Sequence record: MZ443783.1
DNA: 64,000 bases
Reading direction: 5' to 3' (one strand)
The position numbers were made by a program, and so were the translations under genes. A model generated the notes under the pieces. That model was not told the DNA's origin. It saw only the letters and a program-made list of their open reading frames with translations, and did no database searches. Below are positions 1 through 10,008 of this stretch, piece after piece. Position 1 is the stretch's first letter. Every line of letters starts with the position of its first letter.

Positions 1-342
1 GTACTCCGCAAAAGAAGTACCGCCAACGGTAACAGTACCAGTCTTAGCGATAGTGCCTGTGTCAGAGATCTGCTCTGGAGCAGCAACGTACAGGTTGGTA
101 CGTTTGTCGGTGACTTTACACGCTACACGCCAGCGCTGTTTGCCTGCACCAGTACCGGCCAATGGATCGACAGTCGCAGTAGCTTCAATAACGAATGAAG
201 CCAGGTCGGTGGACGGAATCGTCGATGCGACGGTACCGTTAACGCTCACCAGCTGGAAGCCGTTGTCCACCAAATCCTGGAGGATAGATTTCCACATCTT
301 GATGTTGCTGGTGAAGCCAGATTTCACAATCAGTTTGTTCAT
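1..342 (-). CDS. Putative virion/fibre structural protein, N-terminal part (runs off the window start); paralogue of 362..1348
   Basis: Not in the ORF track. Manual translation from ATG at 342: MNKLIVKSGFTSNIKMWKSILQDLVDNGFQLVSVNG...EATATVDPL...QRWRV, open to base 1. SD-like AGGGG upstream. Shares GF(E/Q)LV.V.G and VDPL motifs with 362..1348. Confidence 0.75.
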   Translation of the reverse strand, partial: MNKLIVKSGFTSNIKMWKSILQDLVDNGFQLVSVNGTVASTIPSTDLASFVIEATATVDPLAGTGAGKQRWRVACKVTDKRTNLYVAAPEQISDTGTIAKTGTVTVGGTSFAEY

Positions 343-361
343 GAGTCGTTATCCCCTAATA

Positions 362-1348
362 TTAAGCCGCGTCGCCAGCACCGATAGGAAGCATCAGACG
401 CATACCACGGTTGTCTTTACCGTTTGCGTTCATGCCCAGGTACTTGGTTTTGTTAGTCGCTTTCAGTGGGTTCAACTGTACTTCTGAACCAGCAGAGAGA
501 ACGTCAGCAGAGGTATAGCCCAGCATGTCCAGTGTAGCGAAGTACACATAGCGTTGGGTGTTAATCATCTGCGGGAACAGCACGATGGCGCGGTTACCTT
601 CTGCAATCATAACCTGCTGGAGCGGGTTAATGATTGGCGCGGAGTCAGGAGTCGGCTGCACGGCAGACAGAGGAACTGTCGCACTGTAGATACCTGCTTC
701 GATAACAGTGAAGCGCTGAATTGCTTCAGGCTTGATGGTATCAGGGTCGCCAGCCAGACCGCCACCACACGAGAAGATGCAGAACAGTGGGCTATGATCA
801 CCAGGCTTAGTATCGCCCGTCTGTACGCCACGCTGTGCAACGAACCAACTGAACGCGGTGCCAGTGTTGTCGAAACCTTCTGCGTTGATGTGCAGAGCGA
901 TACCGTGGTCGGTGGTGATGAAGTCATAGGTCAGCGGATATGCTGCCATGTCAGCGGTCGCGTCCATCTTCCAGTCAGCAACCAGATCGATGAAGCTGTT
1001 AGCAAGCAGACCAGACTTGGACAGACGGCCGATTTCTACGGTAGCAGAACGCTTCGCCGCAGTGTAGTCGTTCTCACTCACCTGAAGGTCAGGCAGAACG
1101 TTGATTGACAGAGTTTTGGCCGTGTCGTCAGCTTTGAGGATGATACCCCATTGCTGTGTATCGAACAGCGGATCAACTGCATCAGAAGCCATCAGGTAGA
1201 ATGCTTTACCATCTGGTTTGATCTGAGTACCAGCAGTACCATCGACTGCAACGAGTTCAAAACCCGCAGCAACCATTTTAGCCACCAGGTCACGGGTCAG
1301 AGCTTCCAGACCAATGATCTTAGTGGCAGTTACACGTTGAATAGCCAT
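362..1348 (-). CDS. Putative virion structural protein (328 aa)
   Basis: Long ORF with GGAG SD, in the tail gene cluster; paralogous to the adjacent downstream gene. Confidence 0.6.
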   Translation of the reverse strand: MAIQRVTATKIIGLEALTRDLVAKMVAAGFELVAVDGTAGTQIKPDGKAFYLMASDAVDPLFDTQQWGIILKADDTAKTLSINVLPDLQVSENDYTAAKRSATVEIGRLSKSGLLANSFIDLVADWKMDATADMAAYPLTYDFITTDHGIALHINAEGFDNTGTAFSWFVAQRGVQTGDTKPGDHSPLFCIFSCGGGLAGDPDTIKPEAIQRFTVIEAGIYSATVPLSAVQPTPDSAPIINPLQQVMIAEGNRAIVLFPQMINTQRYVYFATLDMLGYTSADVLSAGSEVQLNPLKATNKTKYLGMNANGKDNRGMRLMLPIGAGDAA

Positions 1349-1355
1349 AAGTTAA

Positions 1356-2141
1356 TCACTCCATTACCAGATAGGTTACAGTGAGTTTCGGTTTCGACGG
1401 CGAGGTGCCGATATTCTTCATACGCCACGAGATTGTAGGCGTGTTGTCCTTGTTGGACAAGAAGCTGTATCGGCGCAGCTTACGGATGACAGGATTGCCT
1501 TCGCTATCCACATCAGAGAACACGCCGTCATCTTCAAGAAAATTAGCAGTGGAGCGGAATAAATACGGATTTCTGTCGTCGCGTTGCGCTGTAGGGAATG
1601 CGGAGAGTTCCACATCAAACGCATTGAGTTGAACAGAAAGCAGCATCACGGTGCGGTTCATCTGCAAATCAAAATCGATCTGCTGACCAGGAGTAATGTA
1701 CGAAGGTGATTCGTACTCCACAGTCTTACGCACACCAGCACTCTCATTGCCGCTCAAGTCGGCCCAGAACATTGTACCATTAGCGCCAGACACGAGGGTC
1801 ATCCCTGCGTATTCAGGCTCAGGCACTTGTTTACTTGGGTCGAGGCCTACAACAGTCAGACCTGTCTCATCCACAGCAGTAACGAAAGGCGACTCGAACT
1901 TATACTCCGAGCCACCAAATTTCGCTTCTTCCCATGTCACGTTGTCTGCACCAAGCTGATACATCTTCTTGGTCTCGGTCACGTAACACAACATCCCAGG
2001 CTTTTTATTACCTACGGACATTGCGTCACGCAACGCGAGTGTAGCAAGACAGCGCATACCCCCACGAAGATAAACATCCTCGAGGAGGTATGGGAGAGCT
2101 GCGGATGCTGGTAACAGGAACGAAGTCATCATTACCGGCAT
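1356..2141 (-). CDS. Putative tail/fibre-associated protein (261 aa)
   Basis: AAGGAG SD; N-terminal LPYLLEDVYLRGG segment resembles fibre-associated domains; tail cluster context. Confidence 0.5.
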   Translation of the reverse strand: MPVMMTSFLLPASAALPYLLEDVYLRGGMRCLATLALRDAMSVGNKKPGMLCYVTETKKMYQLGADNVTWEEAKFGGSEYKFESPFVTAVDETGLTVVGLDPSKQVPEPEYAGMTLVSGANGTMFWADLSGNESAGVRKTVEYESPSYITPGQQIDFDLQMNRTVMLLSVQLNAFDVELSAFPTAQRDDRNPYLFRSTANFLEDDGVFSDVDSEGNPVIRKLRRYSFLSNKDNTPTISWRMKNIGTSPSKPKLTVTYLVME

Positions 2142-2151
2142 CTTATTCTCC

Positions 2152-5100
2152 TTACGCGGTACCTGAACCTGGGGTCGAAGAACCGTAGGTCAGTTTAAAC
2201 GTATACGCCAGATTATCAAACGGGAAGTCGTTACGATAGACAACGTAATCAACACCATTGATAGTCACTTCGGCAGGACCAGCAAAGTTGAAGTCGTCGA
2301 ACTCCAACGCACCATCCCATGAACCAGCGAAGCCTTGAGCAGACTCGACGAAGTAACCATAGCCCAGAGACTTCGGCCACGCAACGTAGAAGAACACGTT
2401 GTTCGTAGAGGTACTCGTTCCACCAGGACAGTTCAGGAGTTGCTGGCCAGTCAGAGTCAACGCAGTTTGCAGACCCTGCACGAACGCTGCGTCATAACCA
2501 GAGACAGACTTGATCTTAGAATGCCAGCCGAAGCGAGCGCCCAGGTCAGAAGACTGTTGTGGTTTGAGCGTAACGTCTTTCGTTGCAGTAACGGTCTTGC
2601 CGTTCTTGACATACGACACAGTGATTGTTACCACAGCATCAGCAGTCACAGCGTTAGACTTCAACGAACCGCCTACAACACTCAGGCCAGTCACCGTACC
2701 GGACTTCACAGCCACAGACCACGTTGTACCGCTATCCGCAGTAACGTCAGGTGTGGTGCCATCAGACAGAGTTGCCGTTGCAGTGTATGCAGTGGTCACG
2801 CCACCAATGATAGAAGCAGGTCCAGTGATAACCACTGAGTCAGGCGTTGGTGGAGCAGGCGTGTTCGTTACAGTCAGGTTCGCAGTTTGCGCTTGGCTGT
2901 TATACGAAGCAGTGCCAGTGATCACCGCAGTCTGAGTCGTGCTCACAGTGTTACCCGTGATGGTGTTGTTGCCATTGAACGTGAAGCCTGTAGTGGAACC
3001 AGAGCTTCGCGTTACAACAGGCGTCAGATCAACCGTCGTGTTATCAGAGAACGTCAGGCGCAGGATATAGGTACCTGTCTCACCTTTGTTTACAGCAGTA
3101 GGACCAATCAGCTCGCGCTTAGTGATCGTTGCTGCCTGATTGATAATCTGGATGGTCTTCTCTGGTGCATACGTTTTACCGTCAACGACGACATTAGCAG
3201 CACGGAGAATTACCGTCTGGTTTTGCGTGATGGAGTTTGGCGGTGAAGTCAACTTCGCACGAGTCGAAGTAGTACCAACACCAAGCGTCACATATGCAGC
3301 ACCTTGAGGCAATGACCAAGTAGGCAGAGAAGTGTACTCAACCTGCGAGCCAGACAGACGAGTGATACGCACCAGATAGTCGCCAGATGCAGTACCTTCG
3401 GTGATGCTGTCTGCGCCGATGATTTCTACAGTGCTCACGTCATCCGTAGGACCAGTGACAGTGAACTGAACGCTACCAGTCTTCGTTACGCTGCCAACAG
3501 TAGCGACAACGTTAAGCTGGAAGGTCAGAGTACCGAAGAATCCAGTCAGAGCAGCTTTCGTACGGATGCGCCAGCCAGTTGTTCCACCAGCAACAATCTC
3601 AAAGTAAGTTTGTGCATTAGAGGACAACGTATAGCTGAGTTCGCCGCTTGTACCCTCACGAGTAGAAGAATCAGAGAACGTCAGAGTGCTATGCAGGTCA
3701 CGGGTCACAGCAGCAGCAGTACCGTAATCAAACGCAGGCGATGGAGCCAGAGGTTGAACGGACAGCAGACTGATCACGATGATGTTTTTAACCAGCACGG
3801 ATTTCTGCGCGTTACGACCATCGTAAGTAGCACGAATCAGAACAGTGGTGTCCTGAGTCACCTCACCTGCCGACAGGATGCCCGTCTGCGCGATGCTTGC
3901 GACTGCGCTACCCTGAATGACAGACCACGTTGGCGCAGATACCTGACGCTCTGTACCGTTTGAAAGAATCTCCCACGCTGTAAACTGCGACGTGGTGTTT
4001 TCGTTCATCTGGTCAGCACCGCGAACTTCCAGTGAGGTCACAACCGGTGGGTTACCAACGATAGTTACGCCCAGAGTCGCAGTCTTAGTGATACCGTTTT
4101 CAGTGTACGATGCGTAGATCGTTACGCTGGTATTTGCAATGTCTACCGCACCAGCAACAAGGTTGGAGTTGGTGAACGTTGCGTAGTTCGAAGCCTGCTG
4201 CAAACGGAACTCGTTAGGAGTAATCGTTGCAGTGTGCCCATCAGAGTAAGTAGCCAGCACGGTGTACGGTGTGGTGGTCTTCTCTTGTACAGACGACGGC
4301 CCAACAATCTTGATGCTCGACAGGTCAACAACAGGCACAACGTTCACGATAAGAATATCGAGTGTTGCGCTCTTAGTGATGCCGTTCTCCGTGTACGTTG
4401 CAGACAGCTTCACAGGAATGTCAGAAGACACTTTGCCTGCGTTAACGGTCTTGTTCACGATAGTCACAACATCCAGGCGGTCGGCAGTGAAGGTCGTCGG
4501 GTCAATCAGCTTCGTGCTTCCGTCAGAGTAGGTAGCGAGGAACGTATAGTTCGCGCTTTCTTCGCTGCGGATTGTGTTCGCACCCTGGATTGCCAGAGAG
4601 GACAGCACAACAGCTTCGGTCTCTTTCAGAATCGTAACGTTCTTCGTGCCAGTCACTGTCTGGTCGGCAGTGATGTACGTTGCAGTCAACACGATCTGAC
4701 GGTCAGAAACAGTCTCTTTACGCGCTGTTACCACGTTGCCACTGATGGTGGTGTACGTTGTAGGTGCAGCCGTGAAGGAGTTCTGCGTAACCATTTCGGT
4801 ATCGCCGTTCGACCACGTAATACGGAACGTGTATGTCGCGCTCTGCTGAGAAACGATGGTAGAAGCACCAAGCACTTCAAGCTGAGTAATCAACTGCGCT
4901 TTAACCGTCACGTTCTTATTCGCCGTGAAGGTAACGCCGTTGTACACGTAGGTCGCAGTCAGTTTGACGACGGTATCGACAGAGACTTTCTTCGCTGTGC
5001 CCTGCAGGCCTACGAGGTCCAGCGCGTTTGCGTTATCAACCGTGAAGTTAGTCGGCATGATAGTCGCAACGTTACCAGACTTGTAGCGAGCAGTAACGGT

Positions 5101-6162
5101 GTAGGTCTCTTTCTGTTTGTAGAACAGAGTACCTGTGCCCACAATTGAGATAGACACCAGCTCATCGTCGATGATGAAGGTATTCTTGATCAGCAAGTTG
5201 TAGGTGGCTGTTACCCAGTTACCGTAAACAGGGTCACGCTTACGTGCAGTCACTTTCAACACAACGTCAGCAGCGAGGTCAGGAGCAGTAACAGTGCCGT
5301 CCTGAGAGATAGTCACACCGATAACGTTTTCTTCGATAGACCACTCAACGCCAGCAGGCTGGTGCTCGATACGGTCAGACCATTCAGCGTCGATGTTCAG
5401 CTTGACGCTACTGTTATCCGACATGTAGCTCGCGTTACCAGGCAGGCTGATACGCAAGTTCATCAGGTGAGGAGATTCCCACTCGACGTTATCAGCAGTA
5501 GGCTTAACCCACTTACCGATGTACTTGTTCGGATTCGTTGGGTCTTGGTCAACGATAGCCAGCACGTAGCCTTCTTGCGGTTCGTTAGAGCTTGAGACTT
5601 CAACGAATGCAGTGGCGTTCAGACGAATCATGGTACGAGCATAGTCAGGATGATCGTGATTCGTCGGATAACGTGCGTTAGACATGCGCGGGTCAGAGCT
5701 GGACACAGCAACAGTCTCGTCCGAAGAAGCAGGCTCGTCTTTAGTGACGACACTACCCAAACGGTTAGTAGTTGCGTGTGGTATTTCCAGCTCACCTACG
5801 TCGATGCCGAGGTCGCCAGCGTTCTCCACAACAAAGCGGAAGAACTGTTTCTGGCTAAACAACTGCGCGTAGTCATTCACGGTAACCCATGAGCCACGGT
5901 GATTACCATCAGACACGCTACTGGTACGGCGCAGCACATACATATACTGCGGGCTACCAGAGTTGGCATCAATCCAAATCAGGTTGTACGGCTTTTCAGA
6001 AAACGACGGCTCTGTCATAGACACGACAACCTGATGCACTTCCGTTTGATCGTTCGCGTTAGGTCGGAACAAGAAAGTGATTGGGTTACGTGGCGTCAGA
6101 CCGCGAGTGCGAGCCAGGCCGATATACTGTTTAGCAAAGCCGTCGATCGTGGTTACGCTCAT
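2152..6162 (-). CDS. Large Ig-like-repeat tail fibre/whisker protein (1336 aa)
   Basis: About 10 repeats of ~90-100 aa beginning L.S(I/L).I.G...I....(S/T)..YT..A.YSDG (Big_2-like); Thr/Val/Ser-rich; N-terminal domain shared with the two upstream genes, C-terminal domain shared with 7475..8170. Confidence 0.8.
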   Translation of the reverse strand: MSVTTIDGFAKQYIGLARTRGLTPRNPITFLFRPNANDQTEVHQVVVSMTEPSFSEKPYNLIWIDANSGSPQYMYVLRRTSSVSDGNHRGSWVTVNDYAQLFSQKQFFRFVVENAGDLGIDVGELEIPHATTNRLGSVVTKDEPASSDETVAVSSSDPRMSNARYPTNHDHPDYARTMIRLNATAFVEVSSSNEPQEGYVLAIVDQDPTNPNKYIGKWVKPTADNVEWESPHLMNLRISLPGNASYMSDNSSVKLNIDAEWSDRIEHQPAGVEWSIEENVIGVTISQDGTVTAPDLAADVVLKVTARKRDPVYGNWVTATYNLLIKNTFIIDDELVSISIVGTGTLFYKQKETYTVTARYKSGNVATIMPTNFTVDNANALDLVGLQGTAKKVSVDTVVKLTATYVYNGVTFTANKNVTVKAQLITQLEVLGASTIVSQQSATYTFRITWSNGDTEMVTQNSFTAAPTTYTTISGNVVTARKETVSDRQIVLTATYITADQTVTGTKNVTILKETEAVVLSSLAIQGANTIRSEESANYTFLATYSDGSTKLIDPTTFTADRLDVVTIVNKTVNAGKVSSDIPVKLSATYTENGITKSATLDILIVNVVPVVDLSSIKIVGPSSVQEKTTTPYTVLATYSDGHTATITPNEFRLQQASNYATFTNSNLVAGAVDIANTSVTIYASYTENGITKTATLGVTIVGNPPVVTSLEVRGADQMNENTTSQFTAWEILSNGTERQVSAPTWSVIQGSAVASIAQTGILSAGEVTQDTTVLIRATYDGRNAQKSVLVKNIIVISLLSVQPLAPSPAFDYGTAAAVTRDLHSTLTFSDSSTREGTSGELSYTLSSNAQTYFEIVAGGTTGWRIRTKAALTGFFGTLTFQLNVVATVGSVTKTGSVQFTVTGPTDDVSTVEIIGADSITEGTASGDYLVRITRLSGSQVEYTSLPTWSLPQGAAYVTLGVGTTSTRAKLTSPPNSITQNQTVILRAANVVVDGKTYAPEKTIQIINQAATITKRELIGPTAVNKGETGTYILRLTFSDNTTVDLTPVVTRSSGSTTGFTFNGNNTITGNTVSTTQTAVITGTASYNSQAQTANLTVTNTPAPPTPDSVVITGPASIIGGVTTAYTATATLSDGTTPDVTADSGTTWSVAVKSGTVTGLSVVGGSLKSNAVTADAVVTITVSYVKNGKTVTATKDVTLKPQQSSDLGARFGWHSKIKSVSGYDAAFVQGLQTALTLTGQQLLNCPGGTSTSTNNVFFYVAWPKSLGYGYFVESAQGFAGSWDGALEFDDFNFAGPAEVTINGVDYVVYRNDFPFDNLAYTFKLTYGSSTPGSGTA

Positions 6163-6165
6163 TCA

Positions 6166-6792
6166 TTATTCTCCAAGAATGTCGGTCGCAATCAGATGGC
6201 CGTATGATGCTTTCACGTTAGTGTCAGCAATGAACGTAGAACCGTTGTCGCCAACGTCTGCATCCATGTTCACTTTGTCCTGCACGGTCTTCACTTCAAC
6301 CAGCGGCTTCTCTGGGTGCATTTCATCATGCGGCAGAGGAGTACGCTTGTCGGTGTTACGTGGGTCCGTTGTAGACACGAACGTAGGACGACCAACAGAA
6401 GCAGGCTCAGTAGTCAGACGCGCAATACCGTATTCGTCCACAGACGCGTTCGGGATGTTGTCGCTACCACTGATATCAGACGGATCGTAATACTGCGGTG
6501 CCCAGAACGAGTTGAAGTTCTTCACTTCTTCCCAGGTATTCTGGAAACCACCAGCAGGCGTCTTAGACTTACGCGCAAGGAACTTACGATAGTAAATGCT
6601 ATCGCGTACCATGCACAGCCAGACGACGTTCATTGGCAGCACGATGCCAACAGGCTCTTCCTGCGCAATGATGTGCGTACAACTGATGTTGAGTGTCGGG
6701 TTAATCTGACGAACAACTTGCTCTTTAGCAGTGTCGTCCATGAATCCCGTTACAGCCAACAGAGCAGCGGCGATATCGTTCAGTGTAGTCAT
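6166..6792 (-). CDS. Fibre-anchor-like structural protein (208 aa), paralogue of the N-terminus of 2152..6162
   Basis: Shared motifs: MNVVWL / YNLIWI, STTDPRNTDKRTP..HD..HPE / SSSDPRMSNARYP..HDHPD. Confidence 0.55.
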   Translation of the reverse strand: MTTLNDIAAALLAVTGFMDDTAKEQVVRQINPTLNISCTHIIAQEEPVGIVLPMNVVWLCMVRDSIYYRKFLARKSKTPAGGFQNTWEEVKNFNSFWAPQYYDPSDISGSDNIPNASVDEYGIARLTTEPASVGRPTFVSTTDPRNTDKRTPLPHDEMHPEKPLVEVKTVQDKVNMDADVGDNGSTFIADTNVKASYGHLIATDILGE

Positions 6793-6801
6793 AACCGCTC
6801 C

Positions 6802-7440
6802 TTAATCAGTAGGCTGGCCGAGTTCAGATTCACGCACCTTACGCCATTGAAGCGTAGAGTCTTCAAGTACCATGACCTGATTCACAGCAGGAACCAGCTG
6901 GTCTTTAATGGGTACGTGTTCTTCGCCATAACTACCGTTGATGCTGATCATGGTAGCAGGCTTCTCAGGGTGCGTGTGGTCAAGCGGGTCACGATTGTTA
7001 GTGAGTGTCTCATCACCTTCAATCAGAACGCGAGACTCTGCTTCGGGATAAGACAGATATCCCACACCACGAGTGATTGAAGTCGCAAGTGGCGGCAGCG
7101 CACGGTTGATGATTTGCAGATCGTTCGGGTCATACGTCTGTTCCATCATGGCGTCATCATAGAAATACAGCGCAGTCCAAACATCCTGATACGGGTCTGA
7201 ATTGTTCTTGGCAGTACGTTTGAACGCAGTACCATACGTGGACGATTCAGGGTTGTAGTCAATCCAGATCGCATTGATCGGAAGGACCACGAAACGCGGA
7301 ACTGCATACGAGCAGTAGAACAACAGACCCAACTGCGAGCCATCTTTTGGCAGACGGAACATGATTGGGTTTTTGTTCTGCTGGTGGATATTCGTAAGCA
7401 ACTCAACGTTACTGATGAACTGTTCAAGTTTCAGTTCCAT
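6802..7440 (-). CDS. Fibre-anchor-like structural protein (212 aa), paralogue of the N-terminus of 2152..6162
   Basis: Shared motifs: NPIMF / NPITF, INAIWID / YNLIWID, RDPLDHTHPEKP. Confidence 0.55.
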   Translation of the reverse strand: MELKLEQFISNVELLTNIHQQNKNPIMFRLPKDGSQLGLLFYCSYAVPRFVVLPINAIWIDYNPESSTYGTAFKRTAKNNSDPYQDVWTALYFYDDAMMEQTYDPNDLQIINRALPPLATSITRGVGYLSYPEAESRVLIEGDETLTNNRDPLDHTHPEKPATMISINGSYGEEHVPIKDQLVPAVNQVMVLEDSTLQWRKVRESELGQPTD

Positions 7441-7471
7441 TGTGTTCTCCGTTTACCAGAAGCGGTGGTTA

Positions 7472-7478
7472 AAATTAT
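7472..7478 (-). promoter_or_regulatory. Class-2 promoter-like motif variant (ATAATTT)
   Basis: 31 nt upstream of the 7440 start; overlaps the stop codon of 7475..8170. Confidence 0.3.
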
Positions 7479-8170
7479 ACAGGGTCACCGGACTTAGGAC
7501 TGGTGGAACCGTATTTAATGCGGAACACATAATCGAGACTATCGAACGGGAAATCGTTCCTGTACACGACATAATCAAAGCCACCAAGTGATACTTCCGC
7601 TGCGCCTACAAAGTTGAAGTCGTTAAACTCCATGGCGCCATCCCACGAACCAGAGAAGCCCTGCACCGTCTCTTGGAAATACCCATAGAGCAGTCGCTTA
7701 GGCCAGGCCACGTAGAAGAAGCGGTTGTTATCAGAAGTAGATTGGTTAGGTGGGCAAGTGATTTGTTGCGGACTAGTCTCACCCAAAATGGTAGGGAGAG
7801 AACGGAAGAAGGTGTCGTTGTAATCAAGTATCGACAACACTTTATCGTGAACGCCGAAGCGTGGACCGTACTCACCACTGAACGGCACAGACACTCTTAC
7901 TTTGTTTGACGTAGCGTTGAGCGTCGTGCTGACGTTATACGCCTTAGCAACAAGGTCGTGTTCACCAGTATCGAATGGCAAAGTGAAGTCAAAGTAGGCA
8001 GTCGAACCTGACGTTGGCATATCAAGTTTCTTGAGCACCGTACCCGCAGCGTTTTCAATCTGGAGTGTACCACGCAGTGGTGGGTTGTCCATGCTGACCA
8101 AGAAGCGGAGCTCCTTGTTACGCAGCGAGAAGCAGTATTCCAAGTTACCTTGAATGGTCAAAGTAAGCAT
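7475..8170 (-). CDS. Tail-associated protein (231 aa) carrying a copy of the Ig-fibre C-terminal domain
   Basis: C-terminal ~130 aa (RFG.H.K...FFYVAWPK..YGYF.E..QGF.GSWDGA.EF.DFNF.G.AEV....DYVVYRNDFPFD) closely matches the end of 2152..6162. Confidence 0.65.
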   Translation of the reverse strand: MLTLTIQGNLEYCFSLRNKELRFLVSMDNPPLRGTLQIENAAGTVLKKLDMPTSGSTAYFDFTLPFDTGEHDLVAKAYNVSTTLNATSNKVRVSVPFSGEYGPRFGVHDKVLSILDYNDTFFRSLPTILGETSPQQITCPPNQSTSDNNRFFYVAWPKRLLYGYFQETVQGFSGSWDGAMEFNDFNFVGAAEVSLGGFDYVVYRNDFPFDSLDYVFRIKYGSTSPKSGDPV

Positions 8171-8186
8171 AGAACCTCACAATACG

Positions 8187-8212
8187 AAAAAAGGAGGACC
8201 GAAGCCCTCCTT
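8187..8212 (-). terminator. Intrinsic terminator
   Basis: Minus strand GGAGGGC-TTCG-GTCCTCC-TTTTTT directly after the sheath stop codon. Confidence 0.85.
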
Positions 8213-8216
8213 AGTG

Positions 8217-9893
8217 TTACAGACTCAGACTTGTGGAGGTACTGCCTGACGGGTTGATGTTGAAGCGATAGATCAGACGCTTGGTAGTGCGCGTCGGGTC
8301 TAACACGATATCCAGAATCAAATCGCCGTTAGCGATAGTCTGGTTCGTGTTGTTGTTCTCATCACACACAACCTGATAGCCTTGAGAGCCAGAGCTACCG
8401 CCACGAAGACCGCGAGCGAGTTTAATCTCCTCGAGGAACTTCTCAACAATACCCTTCAGGTAACCACGAAGGATGTTGTCGTTCGGGTCGAACAGGCCGA
8501 CTTTACAGGTGCGATGACACACCTCAAGCACGTAGCCCACCATACGCTGAATCTGAATCTGCTGGAAGGCAGAGTTCATGTTATACTGCGTACTCGCTTC
8601 CCAAACTGCGTAGCCACCACCAGAGATATCTGGCAGCTTACGGATGTAGTTGACCTGCTCACGGGTCATAGCATCACGGTCGTCCTGATCATACTTCTGC
8701 GCGATAGCGAGGAAGTCGAGAGGGCTAGATGCAGTGATACCTGCAGGCGCGAACCACGTACCGCGGTTGTTGTCAGTGTACGCAAACACAGCACAGATCT
8801 GACCGACACAGGCTGTCCACAGGTAGCGGCCAGTATCTTCATCGAAGATTTTAATGTCAGGCGTATACAGTGCCATGTTGGTATCGTTCACGTTCAACGT
8901 CTGGCGACGATAGCGAATCGCTTTAGACACAGACTGCTCGGCAGAAGGGATGCCGCAGATAACGAAGCAGTTGATGTGCGCAGCAGCCGCAGCTTTCATA
9001 CCACGGTGAATGATGTAGTCCTGAGTAGGACTAATCAGCAGCGTCACACGAACTTCTTCTGGATCACCGAAGTAATCCTGATACGCTTGCGCCAGTTGGT
9101 CAGAACCAACAGTATCACCGTCTGAGCCACCTTGGAAGAAGATGAAGTCAGTGGTGAAGAAGTCGATATCAGTCGTGAAGTATTCGTTACGGATGAAACG
9201 GAAGTTTGAACTCTCGTTCTCCATAGCGTGATCAACACGGTACTGACGGTCGAACTCATCGGCGTAGTCAAACAGACTGCACTGATAAGAGTTTACTGGC
9301 GCACTGCCGTTCTGGTAGTTCTCGAACTCGTCGATGTAGAACAGCTTCGTGTTGTACGATTTGCGATCATCGAACGGGTCGAGGCCACGTGGCGTAGCAG
9401 GACGAATCTGCAACGACATTGCGTTGTTCCAGTCCCCTGGGTTTTCCAGAATGATGTAACCGATGATGTTTTCATTCAACGGATCATCAGGCAGGAAGCC
9501 GAGCTGGTCTGGAGAATCGACGCCAACGATATTACCTTCATCGTCAGTGTACGGAGTCAGGCGAAGTACAGGCTGTACAGCCGACGCGTCATCCACAGTC
9601 AGAACACCAACAGCGTACTTCGCGTTTTTAGTCACACGAACGTATTTGAGCTGATTGGTCTGTTTGGCTACAGGCAACGCTAAATATAAGCCGAGGCCAT
9701 ACTTGGGATCTTTTGCACCGAAGATGTTTTTCAAATCATCTTTATTACGCACATCAACACGCTGATTAACAGGACCTCGACGGGCCTGACCAACGATGCC
9801 TACGACGGACGTAGATAAAGACGTTGCACCAACGGAGAGATCCCGTACACCGGTGTAAACACCAGCAGAGGAATGCGTTGAGTTAACGGGCAT
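8217..9893 (-). CDS. Contractile tail sheath protein (558 aa)
   Basis: N-terminal AGVYTGVRDLS...SVVGIVGQARRGPVN; WFAPAG; C-terminal FDPND...F.EEIK.ARG...VVCDENNNT...I.NG.L..DI...P. Typical sheath motifs. Confidence 0.92.
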   Translation of the reverse strand: MPVNSTHSSAGVYTGVRDLSVGATSLSTSVVGIVGQARRGPVNQRVDVRNKDDLKNIFGAKDPKYGLGLYLALPVAKQTNQLKYVRVTKNAKYAVGVLTVDDASAVQPVLRLTPYTDDEGNIVGVDSPDQLGFLPDDPLNENIIGYIILENPGDWNNAMSLQIRPATPRGLDPFDDRKSYNTKLFYIDEFENYQNGSAPVNSYQCSLFDYADEFDRQYRVDHAMENESSNFRFIRNEYFTTDIDFFTTDFIFFQGGSDGDTVGSDQLAQAYQDYFGDPEEVRVTLLISPTQDYIIHRGMKAAAAAHINCFVICGIPSAEQSVSKAIRYRRQTLNVNDTNMALYTPDIKIFDEDTGRYLWTACVGQICAVFAYTDNNRGTWFAPAGITASSPLDFLAIAQKYDQDDRDAMTREQVNYIRKLPDISGGGYAVWEASTQYNMNSAFQQIQIQRMVGYVLEVCHRTCKVGLFDPNDNILRGYLKGIVEKFLEEIKLARGLRGGSSGSQGYQVVCDENNNTNQTIANGDLILDIVLDPTRTTKRLIYRFNINPSGSTSTSLSL

Positions 9894-9919
9894 GTTTCGT
9901 CTCCTTATATGACTGTCTG

Positions 9920-9926
9920 AAATTAT
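9920..9926 (-). promoter_or_regulatory. Class-2 promoter-like motif variant (ATAATTT)
   Basis: 26 nt upstream of the sheath start, downstream of a terminator. Confidence 0.45.
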
Positions 9927-9977
9927 TGAATGGACGGCCTAGAACAAGGAGAAGGGTGCTATTTGGGTTAGAAATGC

Positions 9978-10006
9978 AAAAAGGGCAGCCGAAGCCACCC
10001 TTTTTT
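9978..10006 (-). terminator. Intrinsic terminator
   Basis: GGGTGGC-TTCG-GCTGCCC-TTTTT after the DHH gene. Confidence 0.85.
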
Positions 10007-10008
10007 GA

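Noticed and set aside
2152-7740. Duplicated C-terminal domain as a diversity-generating retroelement template/variable repeat pair
   Set aside because: Differences are spread over all bases and mostly synonymous rather than adenine-specific, both copies are in intact coding frames, and no reverse transcriptase is present in the window.
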